Notes under the pieces: generated by a model
Databases searched by the model: none
What the model was told of the DNA's origin: nothing
The model's input: only the letters and a program-made list of their open reading frames with translations
Shown: positions 1-11,032 of the stretch, in pieces
Position numbering within the stretch: position 1 is the stretch's first letter
Layout: each line of letters starts with the position of its first letter
Position numbers and translations under genes: made by a program
From: Nematocida ausubeli
Lineage: Eukaryota
Assembly (NCBI RefSeq): GCF_000738915.1
Contig: NW_026515635.1
Coordinates: forward strand, 310,001-374,000
Reading direction: 5' to 3'
DNA length: 64,000 nt

Positions 1-1
1 T

Positions 2-2032
2 AGGTCCGTACACACCGTGCAGTCCTGTGCTAGAACACTCCTCAGCCAGCAGGCATTCTTGGAGCTATCTGGTGCTGCGCCTGTCAGCATATTCACACTC
101 CGTAGATCACTCCATCTCCTGCACGGAGGTGAAGAGAAGGAAGAGGCCGTGGTGGAAGAACTCAATAGGATACTGAGCCTGCTGTTCAGTGAAAATGCAG
201 AGCTTGAGAAGCAAGTGACTCTGACAGAGAACAAGATATCTTTGCTTCTCCGGAATATGATCCAGCAGTCTCCATCTGAGCTGTGCGAAAAAAGGCCCTA
301 CATGAAGTACAAGACCCTGCAGAGATTGTTTGCCCGGCTGCAGGATGACCCTGCTGTCATCACAGCCCTTGTCACATCTATGCGGCAGAGGGAGGCAGAG
401 GCCTTCTGCAGTGCTCGGCTGCTTCCATTATTCGGCCATGCAAAGACACCCAGGGAGGAATATGCTTATCTCAGAATAGTTGAGGCACTTGTGCATGCAC
501 CCCGCGGGTATCCACTTGCTGCCCTGGCCGTGCGCGCACTTGTCATCTCACAGGACAGAACACCCGTGCAGAAGGAAATACTGGAAATGCTTATTGAAGC
601 AAGAGCAAGGGAGGTGCAGGCAGAAAGTGCCCCAAAGAGCACAAACCAATCTATGCACTCAGGAAGGTCCAGTGGGCCCTCAAGAATAGGCGAGAATAAA
701 ACACTAGTCAGGGTCATATGCAGCTTGGTCTTGGATAGACCAGGAGATCTCCCATACGCCGTCAGGTTCTACGCAAGAACACTCTCCAGAGCACTCAGAG
801 CAGATGGAAAGAGTGAAGAAGAAGTCGCACAGCAGGTGGTTGAGGCACTTTGGATTGCGCACTTCATGCCGGCCCTGGATAAAGTGTGCGCAGTGCAGGA
901 CATTCTTCCTGCCCTTCTTGCATACTCCGACAGAATTGTGGAGTACGTCCAGCTTGCCTCTGGGGTTGAGTCAATTGCAGCGCACTACACAGGACAGTAC
1001 ATTGCTGCACGCCCCATGAACAATATGCTGTGCATCACAGGGGAAGACGTAAACTACCTTCTGGCTGCTTTGCTGAAGGCGCCTGTGGCAGGTGACATCA
1101 AGGGCATTGCAGCAGACTGCCACCCAATTCCCTTCAAGCTGGTGTTTATTCTGCCAGGTGGGGCAGTCAGGGCCCAGGAAACAATCGGGGCCACAGAGAA
1201 GCGAATGTGCAAATGGGCACTCATTAAGATACTTTCACACACCCGCGGCAAACGCCTTTCAGAAATTATCCAAGGGCCTTCTGGTAAAGCAAACAGCGCC
1301 ATAAAGACCGCACAGCCAAAGCAGGAAGTAGAGAGCAGTGACCTGGCGAACGAACTTAAAAAAGCACTAAAAATTAAAGGCAGCGCAGTACAAAAGGAGG
1401 TCATCAATAGTATGGATGACATGGTCATTGACAGCCCGTACAAACAGGACAGTGAAAAGGCAGTGGAGGCTGCAAGGGAGGCAGTCAAAAGATACTCGCA
1501 AAGACTTTTCGACCTGGGGTGCATTCGGTCTCTTGAGGACTGCGCAGAGATCCTGCAGGCAGTTTCGGCAGAAATAGTCAACAGAGTGCAGCTTAGCATA
1601 TCCAGAAAAAGAGAGATAAAAGCAACGGAAAAGGCCATTTACAGCCTGGAGAGAGCCCGGGAAGTGATTGAAAGGCGGATGAAGGAAGGCATTCAGTACC
1701 TGCACGATATAACTGTCCGGATCATGCAGGACAGCAGAGAGTACAAGAGATCTGCTAAAGCACTTTTGTTGGAGGGCGTGATTGTGCGGATGTACAGCTG
1801 GCAGGCTGGGCAGATGGATAATATTGAAATGAGCCTTAAGGCAGGGGATGCAGGAAGCATTGTTGTCTCGATTTTAGTAATTGGCATACAGTCCGTGACT
1901 GAGAAAATAGAGCTAGCTGATCTTCTTGTGCTGGACAGCCAGGGCGAGGAGGAAATCTCTGTTGAAACATTAGGAACAGTATTTAGTGTGCAGAAATTGG
2001 TGGCCCTCATCAATAAAAAGATACTTCAGTGA
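2..2032 (+). CDS. IQGAP/Iqg1-like RasGAP-related scaffold, C-terminal part (5' truncated by window)
   Basis: Frame open from base 2. GRD-like segment (LFGHAKTPREEYAYLRIV, LPYAVRFYA) and RasGAP_C-like tail (SAKALLLEGVI...IELADLLVL...FSVQKLVALINKK) resemble the IQGAP C-terminus. Confidence 0.7.
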   Translation, partial: RSVHTVQSCARTLLSQQAFLELSGAAPVSIFTLRRSLHLLHGGEEKEEAVVEELNRILSLLFSENAELEKQVTLTENKISLLLRNMIQQSPSELCEKRPYMKYKTLQRLFARLQDDPAVITALVTSMRQREAEAFCSARLLPLFGHAKTPREEYAYLRIVEALVHAPRGYPLAALAVRALVISQDRTPVQKEILEMLIEARAREVQAESAPKSTNQSMHSGRSSGPSRIGENKTLVRVICSLVLDRPGDLPYAVRFYARTLSRALRADGKSEEEVAQQVVEALWIAHFMPALDKVCAVQDILPALLAYSDRIVEYVQLASGVESIAAHYTGQYIAARPMNNMLCITGEDVNYLLAALLKAPVAGDIKGIAADCHPIPFKLVFILPGGAVRAQETIGATEKRMCKWALIKILSHTRGKRLSEIIQGPSGKANSAIKTAQPKQEVESSDLANELKKALKIKGSAVQKEVINSMDDMVIDSPYKQDSEKAVEAAREAVKRYSQRLFDLGCIRSLEDCAEILQAVSAEIVNRVQLSISRKREIKATEKAIYSLERAREVIERRMKEGIQYLHDITVRIMQDSREYKRSAKALLLEGVIVRMYSWQAGQMDNIEMSLKAGDAGSIVVSILVIGIQSVTEKIELADLLVLDSQGEEEISVETLGTVFSVQKLVALINKKILQ

Positions 2033-2688
2033 TTATCGGTTAATAAATATTAATTAGGTAAAGGATTTACGGTTTTTCATTAAAAGATGTAAAAATAAAG
2101 AGACAATATTCTATCACACTTTATAGGATGCATGCATCCGCGTCTATCAGATTTAATATTTTCAGACACCAGATATCTGTGCATAATTCATGCAGTCTCG
2201 TATAAAGAAGGCACCAGGTACAGCAGGAATATAATAAAGAAAACAAATATATAATAAGACCATGGAAGAAACAAAAAAATAACCAAATGGAAAGGGAGTA
2301 TTTAAATGCACAAATACACATATAAACAACTATGGGTATTTAGATAGGCATATACTGGCTGTTATATTTAGTCAGATATCCTAGTATTCAGCCTCTCTTG
2401 GCAGCATCATAGTCACTAGGCATATTCCAGTTGTAGCCTAAATAGACCATACTGAAGCAGAAAAAACTATCTGAAATATCCAAGAATAACTGAAGATAAT
2501 AAAATACCCTGTAGGGTGAATAACTTGTAGACAGCCATTTATTCATTGAATAGTCATCTTATAATGAACGCGCACTCATTATAGACTCTGCGCCAGTTTA
2601 AATAACTAAATACCAAACTACACATGAACACATCCATCCAGAGCGAATAATTAGCAGATGCACCAGAAACGAACAACCACTTGCTTCT

Positions 2689-3516
2689 TCATCTGTACTT
2701 GTCAGGGATTGGTGAGTTCATGGCACTCCCTGAAATTATCTCACTAATTGCATTATCCACATCCCCATGGTGCTTTATCAGCAGCTTTATGTTTGACCCA
2801 ACATCCGTAAATCCGCACTCCTTCATGTACTCCACCTGCTTTCTATACTCCAATATAGGATTGAAGTTGTACTTTCCCCAGGGGTTGGGGACAGGCTGAC
2901 CCGACGGCTTTGCAGTTGCAGAACCTTCCTTGAATGTGGTTCTGTCTCTTTCCTCGGCAAGCATGGCGCTTGGGTCCTTTTGCGTTTTAAGCATCCCCCT
3001 GAGCATATTAAAACCACCTGGGATGGTCTCTAGCTTGGCCATTGCTATGTCAAGGTTCTTCATTTGCGTGTTCATGTACTCCGGGTCATCTGCTATCTTT
3101 GACATCTGCTCCATCATCTCTGAGCTTTCCATTAGCTTTTTCAGCTCTGGATTCTCGTTTTTCAGCTCTGGCAGCATCTCCAGCAAACCCTTCATTATGT
3201 CCGGATTACTGAAGACTTTCTTCATGGCAGGGTCCCTCATTCCAGTATTTTCCACCTCTGGTTTATACACTATATCTATCTCTGTTCCTTCTTTGTCTAT
3301 CTTGCTAGCATATATGACAGAACCATCAGAGACACCAAGGGAACTGAGAGTCTTTCCCGGGTCATTCAAGGCAGATCCTTTATGGATTAATCGTATCTTG
3401 CCCTTATCTATACGTATTCTGTCTGATATTTTCTGCCTAAGAACATCGAGCGTATCATCCAGGGATACCTCAAATTCAATTACTTCTTGCATATATTCCA
3501 CGACCACCTTGTGCAT
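2689..3516 (-). CDS. DSK2: Ubiquilin/Dsk2-like UBL-STI1-UBA protein
   Basis: N-terminal UBL (RLIHKGSALND), STI1-like LETIPGGFNML, PVPNPW, C-terminal UBA (MKECGFTD...HHGDVDNAI). Confidence 0.85.
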   Translation of the reverse strand: MHKVVVEYMQEVIEFEVSLDDTLDVLRQKISDRIRIDKGKIRLIHKGSALNDPGKTLSSLGVSDGSVIYASKIDKEGTEIDIVYKPEVENTGMRDPAMKKVFSNPDIMKGLLEMLPELKNENPELKKLMESSEMMEQMSKIADDPEYMNTQMKNLDIAMAKLETIPGGFNMLRGMLKTQKDPSAMLAEERDRTTFKEGSATAKPSGQPVPNPWGKYNFNPILEYRKQVEYMKECGFTDVGSNIKLLIKHHGDVDNAISEIISGSAMNSPIPDKYR

Positions 3517-4015
3517 TCAGAAGAGTAAGCAAGAAAATAACAATAAGAAACAAAAACTATTTATTGGTAATTCCATGGCAACAGAACCCAATTACAATAC
3601 AGGACCGAAGAGACCAATGAGAGCAGAAAGCTAGCAAAGAAGGAGATGCCCATGCGCCAATAAAAATGCCGGATAGTTCGTTGGCTGAAAATAGAGCCTT
3701 CCAAGAAGACTATAGCAAGAAGGAATTTTGAACAAATGAAAATCCATGGTGCGATTTCTCCTTTGGAAGATCGATTTGCCAGATCTTCTTACTTTCTGAA
3801 AATGAAATCCGCAAATAGAAATGCGTTAGGCCTTATTGTGCAATATCTCAGGCTAAGATTGAAGGCTCCAAAGTGAAGAGATACAAGTGCATGTACTGTC
3901 CTTGCTACTCCATGGCAGGGTGCAGTTTACAAAGAGAGAATAATCACAAATAGCACGCCCTGCTTATTAACAGAATAATTCACTGGATTATTAATCTTAT
4001 AAGTATTTATTTGTG

Positions 4016-5860
4016 CTACAACTGGTTTGATATCTCCCTTGCCTCCTGCAGTGCCTCTAGTTTTATTTTTAGTACTTTCCTTCTTTCTTGTATTTTTTCA
4101 TCTTCCTTCAAAAGATCTTTCATATTTGCCTTTGTGCACAGGCTCTGGATTAGCTTGCTTTGCAGCAGATCCATTGTACTCTGCACTACTTCCGTTATGA
4201 TTATCTTTGGAACTTGCTCTATCACGCCCATTTTAAAGCTGTCGAGATACTTTGTTATTCTATGCCTTAAAGTGTCTATACATGTGTAGCTACTCGCTCC
4301 TGTGTGGTCTTTTTTTTTGCAGCTTACATCAGCAGCCTCTAACTTGTCGCTGCCCTGGACACTAACTAAGCCACTGCTGTGGCAGCTGCTTCCTGCGCAC
4401 CTGTCATTGCCATGGCACGCACTGCCCTCTCGGATATAGACTGTGTTCCACTTTATATACGCCTTGATTAAGTCACTTGCAGAGCGCACTCTTTCCTTCA
4501 AGACCCCCATTGCCACTCGGCTTATTTCTTCCTTTAGGGCGGCAAATCTTCGCAGGGCGGGTACCTCTTCAAGCGCCTCTTCTGCTATGCCTTGCATCTC
4601 CATGCATATCTTGGAGCACATGCTGATGCAGTGCGGATATATTTTGTCGCCTGCCAGGTGCATAAAGTGCCGCAGAATTGGCACTCCATTCACGCCAAAG
4701 ACGCCCGACATGTTATGCAGGATATTCCTTATTTCTTGGTCGCTGGCTGTAAACATTGGGACTTCCTCTATGATCTCTGGGAACAGCACATCCACAGCGT
4801 ACGATATCTTGGCTCCATTGAGTATTTCCTTTGAGATATTATTGGATCTGTTGTACCCTGATATTCTTAGGTCTATTGCCTGATTAAAGGCTGTAATTGC
4901 CTGGATTATTATCTGCTCGTTGCTTTCATTTGAATTTGCCCCTAGGCCATCTAACTCTTGCGACACCTGTGTGATTATGTAGGATATTCTGTCTTGCAAA
5001 TACGGCGCGCTTTTTCTAATTCTCTCCTGGAGCACTTCGTGCAGCCGGGTCATCAAGTACGGTACTCCGCAATATGCACTGTTTGCACTGTATGCAGGGT
5101 GTGCTGAAAAGTACTCTTTTTCCTTGCGAATTGCATGCGGTATGTCTACCATCGCCTGGATATCCTTCTCCCCTCGGCATATCACAGGGACGTACCCTAG
5201 CTTAAGGGGAATAATTTTCCCCTGGAGAATTTGCCTTAAGTCTGTCCCTGGGTCCATCAGATCCACCTTTGTAAGAACGCACAGTGTTCTGGTGTAGTCT
5301 GGGTCTGCCTCTCGCGCAATCATCAGGGCGTCAGAGCTGGATATGTCTGTTGTGCTGGGCGTGACTGCTAGAATAATTGTGTTTGCATTAGTCACATACG
5401 ACTTCACTATTTCATGTATCTTTTCTATTATGCCGTCTGGCTGATTTTTTGTCTGCACTTTTATTATTCCAGGCAGGTCTATTAGAGTCAAAGGAAGGGC
5501 ATTTCTGCTGTAGATGCGCAGTAAAATGGGAATGGCAGACACATCTGTCTTATTTGGCAGGAGCCTATCTGTCTCGTGGGTTATTTCTGCCTCAATTTCG
5601 GATGGAGTGAATGTTTTCCCTGGATGGTGCCCGAAAGAGCAGTACGCGTCCTCTTGCGATGGGATTATCTGTATGATAAGGGGCCTTCGGGTTACCATTC
5701 CAGTGCCTCTTGGTAGAATTTGGTGTCCTACGATATTTTCAAGTATGCTGCTTTTTCCTGCACTTTGCGACCCCACCACAACAATCTGCGGTATATTGAT
5801 TGGGTTTTGGATGTGCGTGCAGAGTTCATGTAGTCTATTTACTCTTTCAATTAGCCCCAT
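4016..5860 (-). CDS. Dynamin-related GTPase (Vps1/Dnm1 family)
   Basis: PQIVVVGSQSAGKSS, LPRGTGMVTRRP, DLPG, TKVD motifs plus C-terminal GED. First ATG at 5860; the ORF track starts at a TTG. Confidence 0.92.
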   Translation of the reverse strand: MGLIERVNRLHELCTHIQNPINIPQIVVVGSQSAGKSSILENIVGHQILPRGTGMVTRRPLIIQIIPSQEDAYCSFGHHPGKTFTPSEIEAEITHETDRLLPNKTDVSAIPILLRIYSRNALPLTLIDLPGIIKVQTKNQPDGIIEKIHEIVKSYVTNANTIILAVTPSTTDISSSDALMIAREADPDYTRTLCVLTKVDLMDPGTDLRQILQGKIIPLKLGYVPVICRGEKDIQAMVDIPHAIRKEKEYFSAHPAYSANSAYCGVPYLMTRLHEVLQERIRKSAPYLQDRISYIITQVSQELDGLGANSNESNEQIIIQAITAFNQAIDLRISGYNRSNNISKEILNGAKISYAVDVLFPEIIEEVPMFTASDQEIRNILHNMSGVFGVNGVPILRHFMHLAGDKIYPHCISMCSKICMEMQGIAEEALEEVPALRRFAALKEEISRVAMGVLKERVRSASDLIKAYIKWNTVYIREGSACHGNDRCAGSSCHSSGLVSVQGSDKLEAADVSCKKKDHTGASSYTCIDTLRHRITKYLDSFKMGVIEQVPKIIITEVVQSTMDLLQSKLIQSLCTKANMKDLLKEDEKIQERRKVLKIKLEALQEAREISNQL

Positions 5861-6170
5861 ATACAAAAATATACAAAAATATTAAATAATATTAAAGAGG
5901 GTTATTTTGTTAATTATGGCTAGCTTTTTAATATCTTCGCATGAAACCCACATGAGTCGAGTGAGATTTGTGTGCTTGTGTGACTTCTTGTTATATTATT
6001 TTGGGTTCTTGCAAAACTACCAAATATCTGGATTTTCCGTGTTTTTGATATTTTGCATTTTTATCAAAACCCTTCACTTTATCATGCTATATATAATTTC
6101 TGCAGCCTTTTTATATTTTGCAGGCGTAAAATAGATATGCTCTGGGTGATATTCTGGCTAAAGCAGCATT

Positions 6171-6755
6171 CTATAGGGCCATTCCCCATGCCCCTCCTAT
6201 TACCATTCCTATAAGCACTTGGTACACATAGTGGTGCTTATAAAGCACTCTTCCTACGGGAATAAGAATGACAGCTGCACTTAGTGCATAATACTTAGTT
6301 CTCCATAATTTGCATATTAAATATCCAGATACAAAGCTGTGGCTGCTGGGCGTGCCTGCATTGCTAAGGTACCTACGCTTTATCTGGGACAGGCTCTGTG
6401 GGATGCTGAAGACATCCAGGGCAGGCTGGGTTTTTAGCCGTGTATTTACGTGTGTAGGAAATGCTTTTATGCCGGACATACTGAATAGACTAGGAATTGG
6501 CGCACTTTCTGTCCATCCCTTTGGTATAGTGTACTCCTTCACTACTGCAGGTCTGTCTCCATTGAATGGATACTTTGCTAGGACACTCATTATGCAGCAC
6601 CCGAAATATTTCCAGAAAAAGGCCGTAGAAGATGGAATGGGGTATTTCTTGCTTCTACAGAAGAGCATGCCGTGTATAAACAGAAGAACAAGGATGCCGT
6701 ATGGCGCTTCTGATGAAATCACGTCCAAAATATCCATATTAATTACAAATTCCAT
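6171..6755 (-). CDS. PAP2-family lipid phosphatase (dolichyl-pyrophosphate phosphatase-like)
   Basis: K...RP, PSSHS and GRVLYKHHYVYQV motifs of PAP2 enzymes; hydrophobic helices. Confidence 0.75.
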   Translation of the reverse strand: MEFVINMDILDVISSEAPYGILVLLFIHGMLFCRSKKYPIPSSTAFFWKYFGCCIMSVLAKYPFNGDRPAVVKEYTIPKGWTESAPIPSLFSMSGIKAFPTHVNTRLKTQPALDVFSIPQSLSQIKRRYLSNAGTPSSHSFVSGYLICKLWRTKYYALSAAVILIPVGRVLYKHHYVYQVLIGMVIGGAWGMAL

Positions 6756-7189
6756 TAGAATATTAATTGCAAATAGTATGCAGAAATGTACACAGTGAAT
6801 ATAGTGGATATTTTCTAATATATTGCTGCATTTATTAAAATGATCGTATTGTGGGTATATTGGGTTATATAAGTGTCATTTTCTTGTAAGTAAATAAGAG
6901 CCAAATAGATTGTAAGTTTAGAAAAATACCAGAGAGTGACTTTATTGAAGAACAGTTAAATTCGCGTATATTGGTATAGTACATTCTTTTTCTATACTTG
7001 ATGGTTAGAGAGTGGTTTCTTCGCATATAAATGCATATCTGCGTTAGTACTGACTATGATGCGCACACTATCTGATATTGTGTGCTTTAAGTGGATCTGT
7101 GCATCTTTTTAATCTTTTCCATCTATTGCAAATTTAAAACGTGTTTCTGTATGATTTTATCTTGAATATTTCTGAAGGGTTTCATTTTT

Positions 7190-7786
7190 TTATTTATATA
7201 GGGAAGACTTGAAGCTTCTGGAGAGCTCTTCAATATCTTCTTTGTTGAATTCTGCTGAGTGCATTTCTTGCTTGGTTTTCTTAATGGGCGGTGTGGCAAT
7301 CACTCTCAACTGTGGTAGAATGTCCTTTTCATCATCGCTTCCAAACAGATCCCTTGTTAGAAGGTTTGCTGTCTCCGAGTCAGGTTTTAGAATGCCTCTC
7401 ACCGACATATCTTGGAATTGAAGTATTTCCTCTTCTTTCTTCCTAAACCACTCGTCATCTACACTTTGATCAAATGGATTCTCTGGCTGTTCATGAGGCA
7501 TACCTCCTTCTACTTTTTTATTTTCTTTCGCATGCACTGCTTCTCCCTTGAATATTTCTGAGAAAAATGTCTTCCTTGGGGCTGCTGCAGGGACTTTTTT
7601 AGTTGTCTTTTTCTTCGCCTCCTTTGACGGGTCCTGCGGTACCCCGGGATTTCCGTGTATTTCCAGCAGCATTTCTATTCTTTTCTTCTGTGTTTGATAC
7701 TCTTTCTTTGTGAAGTCTTTTATCTGCGGGGCATCAAACTCGAACATGTCATTATTCTCTTCTGGATACGCGTCTCTTTCCGACAT
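7190..7786 (-). CDS. Hypothetical charged protein with TPX2-like Aurora-binding motifs
   Basis: 198-aa ATG-started ORF, divergent from 6PGD; contains FEFDAPQIKDF and DDEWF. Confidence 0.7.
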   Translation of the reverse strand: MSERDAYPEENNDMFEFDAPQIKDFTKKEYQTQKKRIEMLLEIHGNPGVPQDPSKEAKKKTTKKVPAAAPRKTFFSEIFKGEAVHAKENKKVEGGMPHEQPENPFDQSVDDEWFRKKEEEILQFQDMSVRGILKPDSETANLLTRDLFGSDDEKDILPQLRVIATPPIKKTKQEMHSAEFNKEDIEELSRSFKSSLYK

Positions 7787-7811
7787 GAAAATTGAAAATA
7801 TTTATGTTTGC

Positions 7812-9185
7812 ATGGATATTGGCGTAATTGGTCTGGGCGTAATGGGAGAGAACCTAATTGAAAATATTCTGAGCAGGGGGTACACTGTAGGAATATACAA
7901 CAGAACAGCACATAAGACGCACACTTTCATAAAAAGACTAGGGACAGAAGCAGCCCGTGGGTTTGAGAGTCTGCATGAGATGGTGAGTAGCCTAAAGAGT
8001 CCCCGAGTAATTTTAATTATGGTGAAGGCCGGAGAGGCCATCGACCAATTTATGAAGACCCTGCTAGAACAAATTGAACCAAAGGATGTGGTGATTGATG
8101 GAGGAAATTCCAACTACCATGACACAGTCAGAAGGTGCGCCCTCTATGAAGGAAAGTGCCTGTTCATAGGGTGCGGGATATCAGGAGGTGAAGAAGGCGC
8201 CAGAAATGGGCCTTCTATTATGCCAGGAGGACATGCAGATGGATGGCCAGTTGTCTCAGAGCTGCTGCAAAGTATTTCTGCAATTGGAGTAAACAACAAG
8301 CCGTGCTGCAACTGGATTGGTGCATCAGGAAGCGGGCATCTTGTGAAAACAGTGCACAATGGGATAGAATATGCAGAAATGCAAATACTTTCTGACTTCT
8401 ACCAGATCTTCCGGGGAGAGTTGCAGCCTGACAAGATTCGCAGTATTTTCGAAAGCTGGAGAAGTGAAGGCTCTAATGGATTCCTGATTGATGCGGCTGT
8501 GGATATCTTGCAGAAGAAAGAGAATGGCCAGCACATAATTGACTTAATCGTCGATAAGTCAGAGCAGAAGGGCACTGGGAAGTGGACAGCCATTGAGTCA
8601 ATTAATGAAAATGTCTGTGCGCCTGTAATTGTTGAGGCTGTGAATGCAAGAATTCTGTCGGGAAAGAAAAGTGAAAGGGTTCTTTCTTCTGGGATTCTAC
8701 CAAGTGGTGCTGATGTAGCAGAGAGCATACTGGATGTGATCACTATAGATGACATGAGAAAGGGATTTATGCTTTGCCGAGCCATCTCATACATCCAAGG
8801 CTTGAATTTAATTAAAACCATTTCAGACCAAAACACCTGGAACATCTCACTGAAGCTTCTGTGCGAAGTTTGGAGCAATGGGTGCATAATTAGGAGTGAC
8901 TTCCTAAAGACACTTTCAAGAATCTCAGAGAGTGAAGTGCTTTTCTCTTCTGCAGAGTTCATTGAGATTGCAAGTGAAGGCATTGCGCCTCTTAGGCAAA
9001 TAGTAGCACGTGCTGTGCAGATGGGAATAAGCATTCCATGCATTACATCAGCACTCAGCCACTATGACGCCCTCAGAACAAAGGAATCTTCTGGGAATAT
9101 GATCCAAGCACTGCGAGACTACTTTGGAGCACACACTTTGCAGCTCTCTGGGTCTTCTGAGTACATGCACATCACATGGAAATAA
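7812..9185 (+). CDS. GND1: 6-phosphogluconate dehydrogenase, decarboxylating
   Basis: IGVIGLGVMG, IDGGN, GISGGEEGARNGPS, VHNGIEY, QKGTGKW, QALRDYFGAH. Start taken at MDIGVIG (7812). Confidence 0.97.
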   Translation: MDIGVIGLGVMGENLIENILSRGYTVGIYNRTAHKTHTFIKRLGTEAARGFESLHEMVSSLKSPRVILIMVKAGEAIDQFMKTLLEQIEPKDVVIDGGNSNYHDTVRRCALYEGKCLFIGCGISGGEEGARNGPSIMPGGHADGWPVVSELLQSISAIGVNNKPCCNWIGASGSGHLVKTVHNGIEYAEMQILSDFYQIFRGELQPDKIRSIFESWRSEGSNGFLIDAAVDILQKKENGQHIIDLIVDKSEQKGTGKWTAIESINENVCAPVIVEAVNARILSGKKSERVLSSGILPSGADVAESILDVITIDDMRKGFMLCRAISYIQGLNLIKTISDQNTWNISLKLLCEVWSNGCIIRSDFLKTLSRISESEVLFSSAEFIEIASEGIAPLRQIVARAVQMGISIPCITSALSHYDALRTKESSGNMIQALRDYFGAHTLQLSGSSEYMHITWK

Positions 9186-9611
9186 ACCAAAGGGATCCTG
9201 TAATTTACAGAGCACAGAAACCAGCAGCAAAAGCTAAATTAACTTGTTTTTCACTTTCTGCAAGACACAAAGACACTTTATCCTTAAACAGTCAGAGTAC
9301 TGCATGACTCAGCAAGACAGCAGAGCACTGTACAGCACTTTTATTCGAAAATAAGATAAAGTATAAATGGCCTCTTCAAGAAAAGTGAAGAGAAGTGAAA
9401 GGCACTCCCCTGGCAGGAAAAGAATGAAAATAGGCACAGGCCCATAAAGAACATCAAAGTTTATTCGATCTATTTGTTATCCTGGATATTTCACAAGTAA
9501 TTTCTTCCAATAAATAGGGCATAACTGCGGTGTGTTTAATTACAATGATATTCAAATGTGCATAGATCCTGGGGCACTTCATAGTCTATAGTGTCCCCTG
9601 CAGGCAGTCTC

Positions 9612-10694
9612 TCATATACAGCAAAATGCCTTTAGAACCCTCTTCCAGAAAGGCTTCTTTTTTACTATTTCTTCATCTAAACTATCATCTGAGACGCTTT
9701 CTGTGTACCCCTTAAAGACATGCTCCCATTCAAAAACGCCATCATCCAGTAGGCCGTGGTTCTGCAGGGCGTCATCAAAAAGGCTTGTTAAATACTGGTA
9801 GTCTGGCACTGTGTCGAAGTTCAAAGTGTTCACATAGTTGAAATATTCAATCATACTGGCTCCCCCAGGAAGATCTTTTGTGACTTCTTCAAGCTTTAAA
9901 TTTTTCTTCATTTCCCCGATTATCCGGCACTTCTCCCGCTTTGACTCCTTCAGGCCCTGCCACGGAAGTTTTCCCTTGCACAGGTACAGAATAATGTAGC
10001 CAATTGACTCTAAGTCATCCCTTCGGCTGAGCTCATTTCCCTTGTGTGCATTCACTGATGCATACCGCGGGGTGCCTGTGAGTTTCTTTCCTCCGGATGT
10101 GGCTATGTGCTGGCCGTATTTTATGAAATCCTTTGCCATCCCCAAGTCAATCAAGTAGATCTTCTTTGGGTCCCTTCCAATGAGGAAGTTATCTGGCTTT
10201 AAGTCTCTGTGGACATATCCTATGTCGTGCATTTGCTTTATAAGCTGGATCATTTTCTTCGCCAGAATGAATATTGTCTTTGCACAGAATGTTCTATTCC
10301 GGATGGCCAGCATATCCTCAATGCTCATGCCAAGATATTCCATGACTAGATGTCTGTACGCCTCAGACTGTCCAAAGCACTCAATCCTTGGGAACCCTTC
10401 TGCCCCATTGAGCTTCTTATATACGGTGTACTCGTTCTCCAGCTGGGAGTATCTTACATCCGATGCTATTTCTATTTTAATCGCCACTTTCTTTGTGCTT
10501 TCTATGGCGTGCCCCTCGAATACAATGCCAAAGCTGCCTTGTCCAATCTTCTCACTCAAAATATATCCACCAATTATTTCTCCAGGCTGTGGTAGCTTGT
10601 ACTCTGGTCTTGCTCTTTTAATTTGCGAGATATGGGAGTCTTCTTTTATTCTTTCTTTTTCTGCCAGATTCTTTGTCTCTTCGATGTTTACCAT
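9612..10694 (-). CDS. Casein kinase 1 (Yck-type, C-terminal CC)
   Basis: IGQGSFG, VAIK, HRDLKPDNF, LTGTPRYASVNAH, SRRDDLES, LPWQG; ends in FCCI. Confidence 0.95.
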   Translation of the reverse strand: MVNIEETKNLAEKERIKEDSHISQIKRARPEYKLPQPGEIIGGYILSEKIGQGSFGIVFEGHAIESTKKVAIKIEIASDVRYSQLENEYTVYKKLNGAEGFPRIECFGQSEAYRHLVMEYLGMSIEDMLAIRNRTFCAKTIFILAKKMIQLIKQMHDIGYVHRDLKPDNFLIGRDPKKIYLIDLGMAKDFIKYGQHIATSGGKKLTGTPRYASVNAHKGNELSRRDDLESIGYIILYLCKGKLPWQGLKESKREKCRIIGEMKKNLKLEEVTKDLPGGASMIEYFNYVNTLNFDTVPDYQYLTSLFDDALQNHGLLDDGVFEWEHVFKGYTESVSDDSLDEEIVKKKPFWKRVLKAFCCI

Positions 10695-11032
10695 AATTTA
10701 AAAGCTTTTTCTTCCGAGCATTAAAAGACGCACAGAATAATACAAAAAAAATAGCACACAGATTATTCAGCAAATGATAGCTGAGATAACACGAAAACAC
10801 AAAAACAACAATATAATCAGAAAATAAATTCAGACTCCATGAATATCCCACACAAATCTGAATATCCCGAATAATATATCTTTATCCTCTGCAGAACCCA
10901 GGCCTGTCATATTCTAGATGCATAAATATATACAGACGCCCTAGGAGGAAACAAAAAGGAATAGTTGGTTTAATTTTAGATAAACCAGAATGAAGAAAAT
11001 CTTATAAATTCATGCAGAAAGTGCTATTTATT

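Noticed and set aside
3575..3960. Purine-rich coding-looking stretch between Dsk2 and dynamin
   Set aside because: All + frames are interrupted by stops; no recognisable protein or RNA motif.
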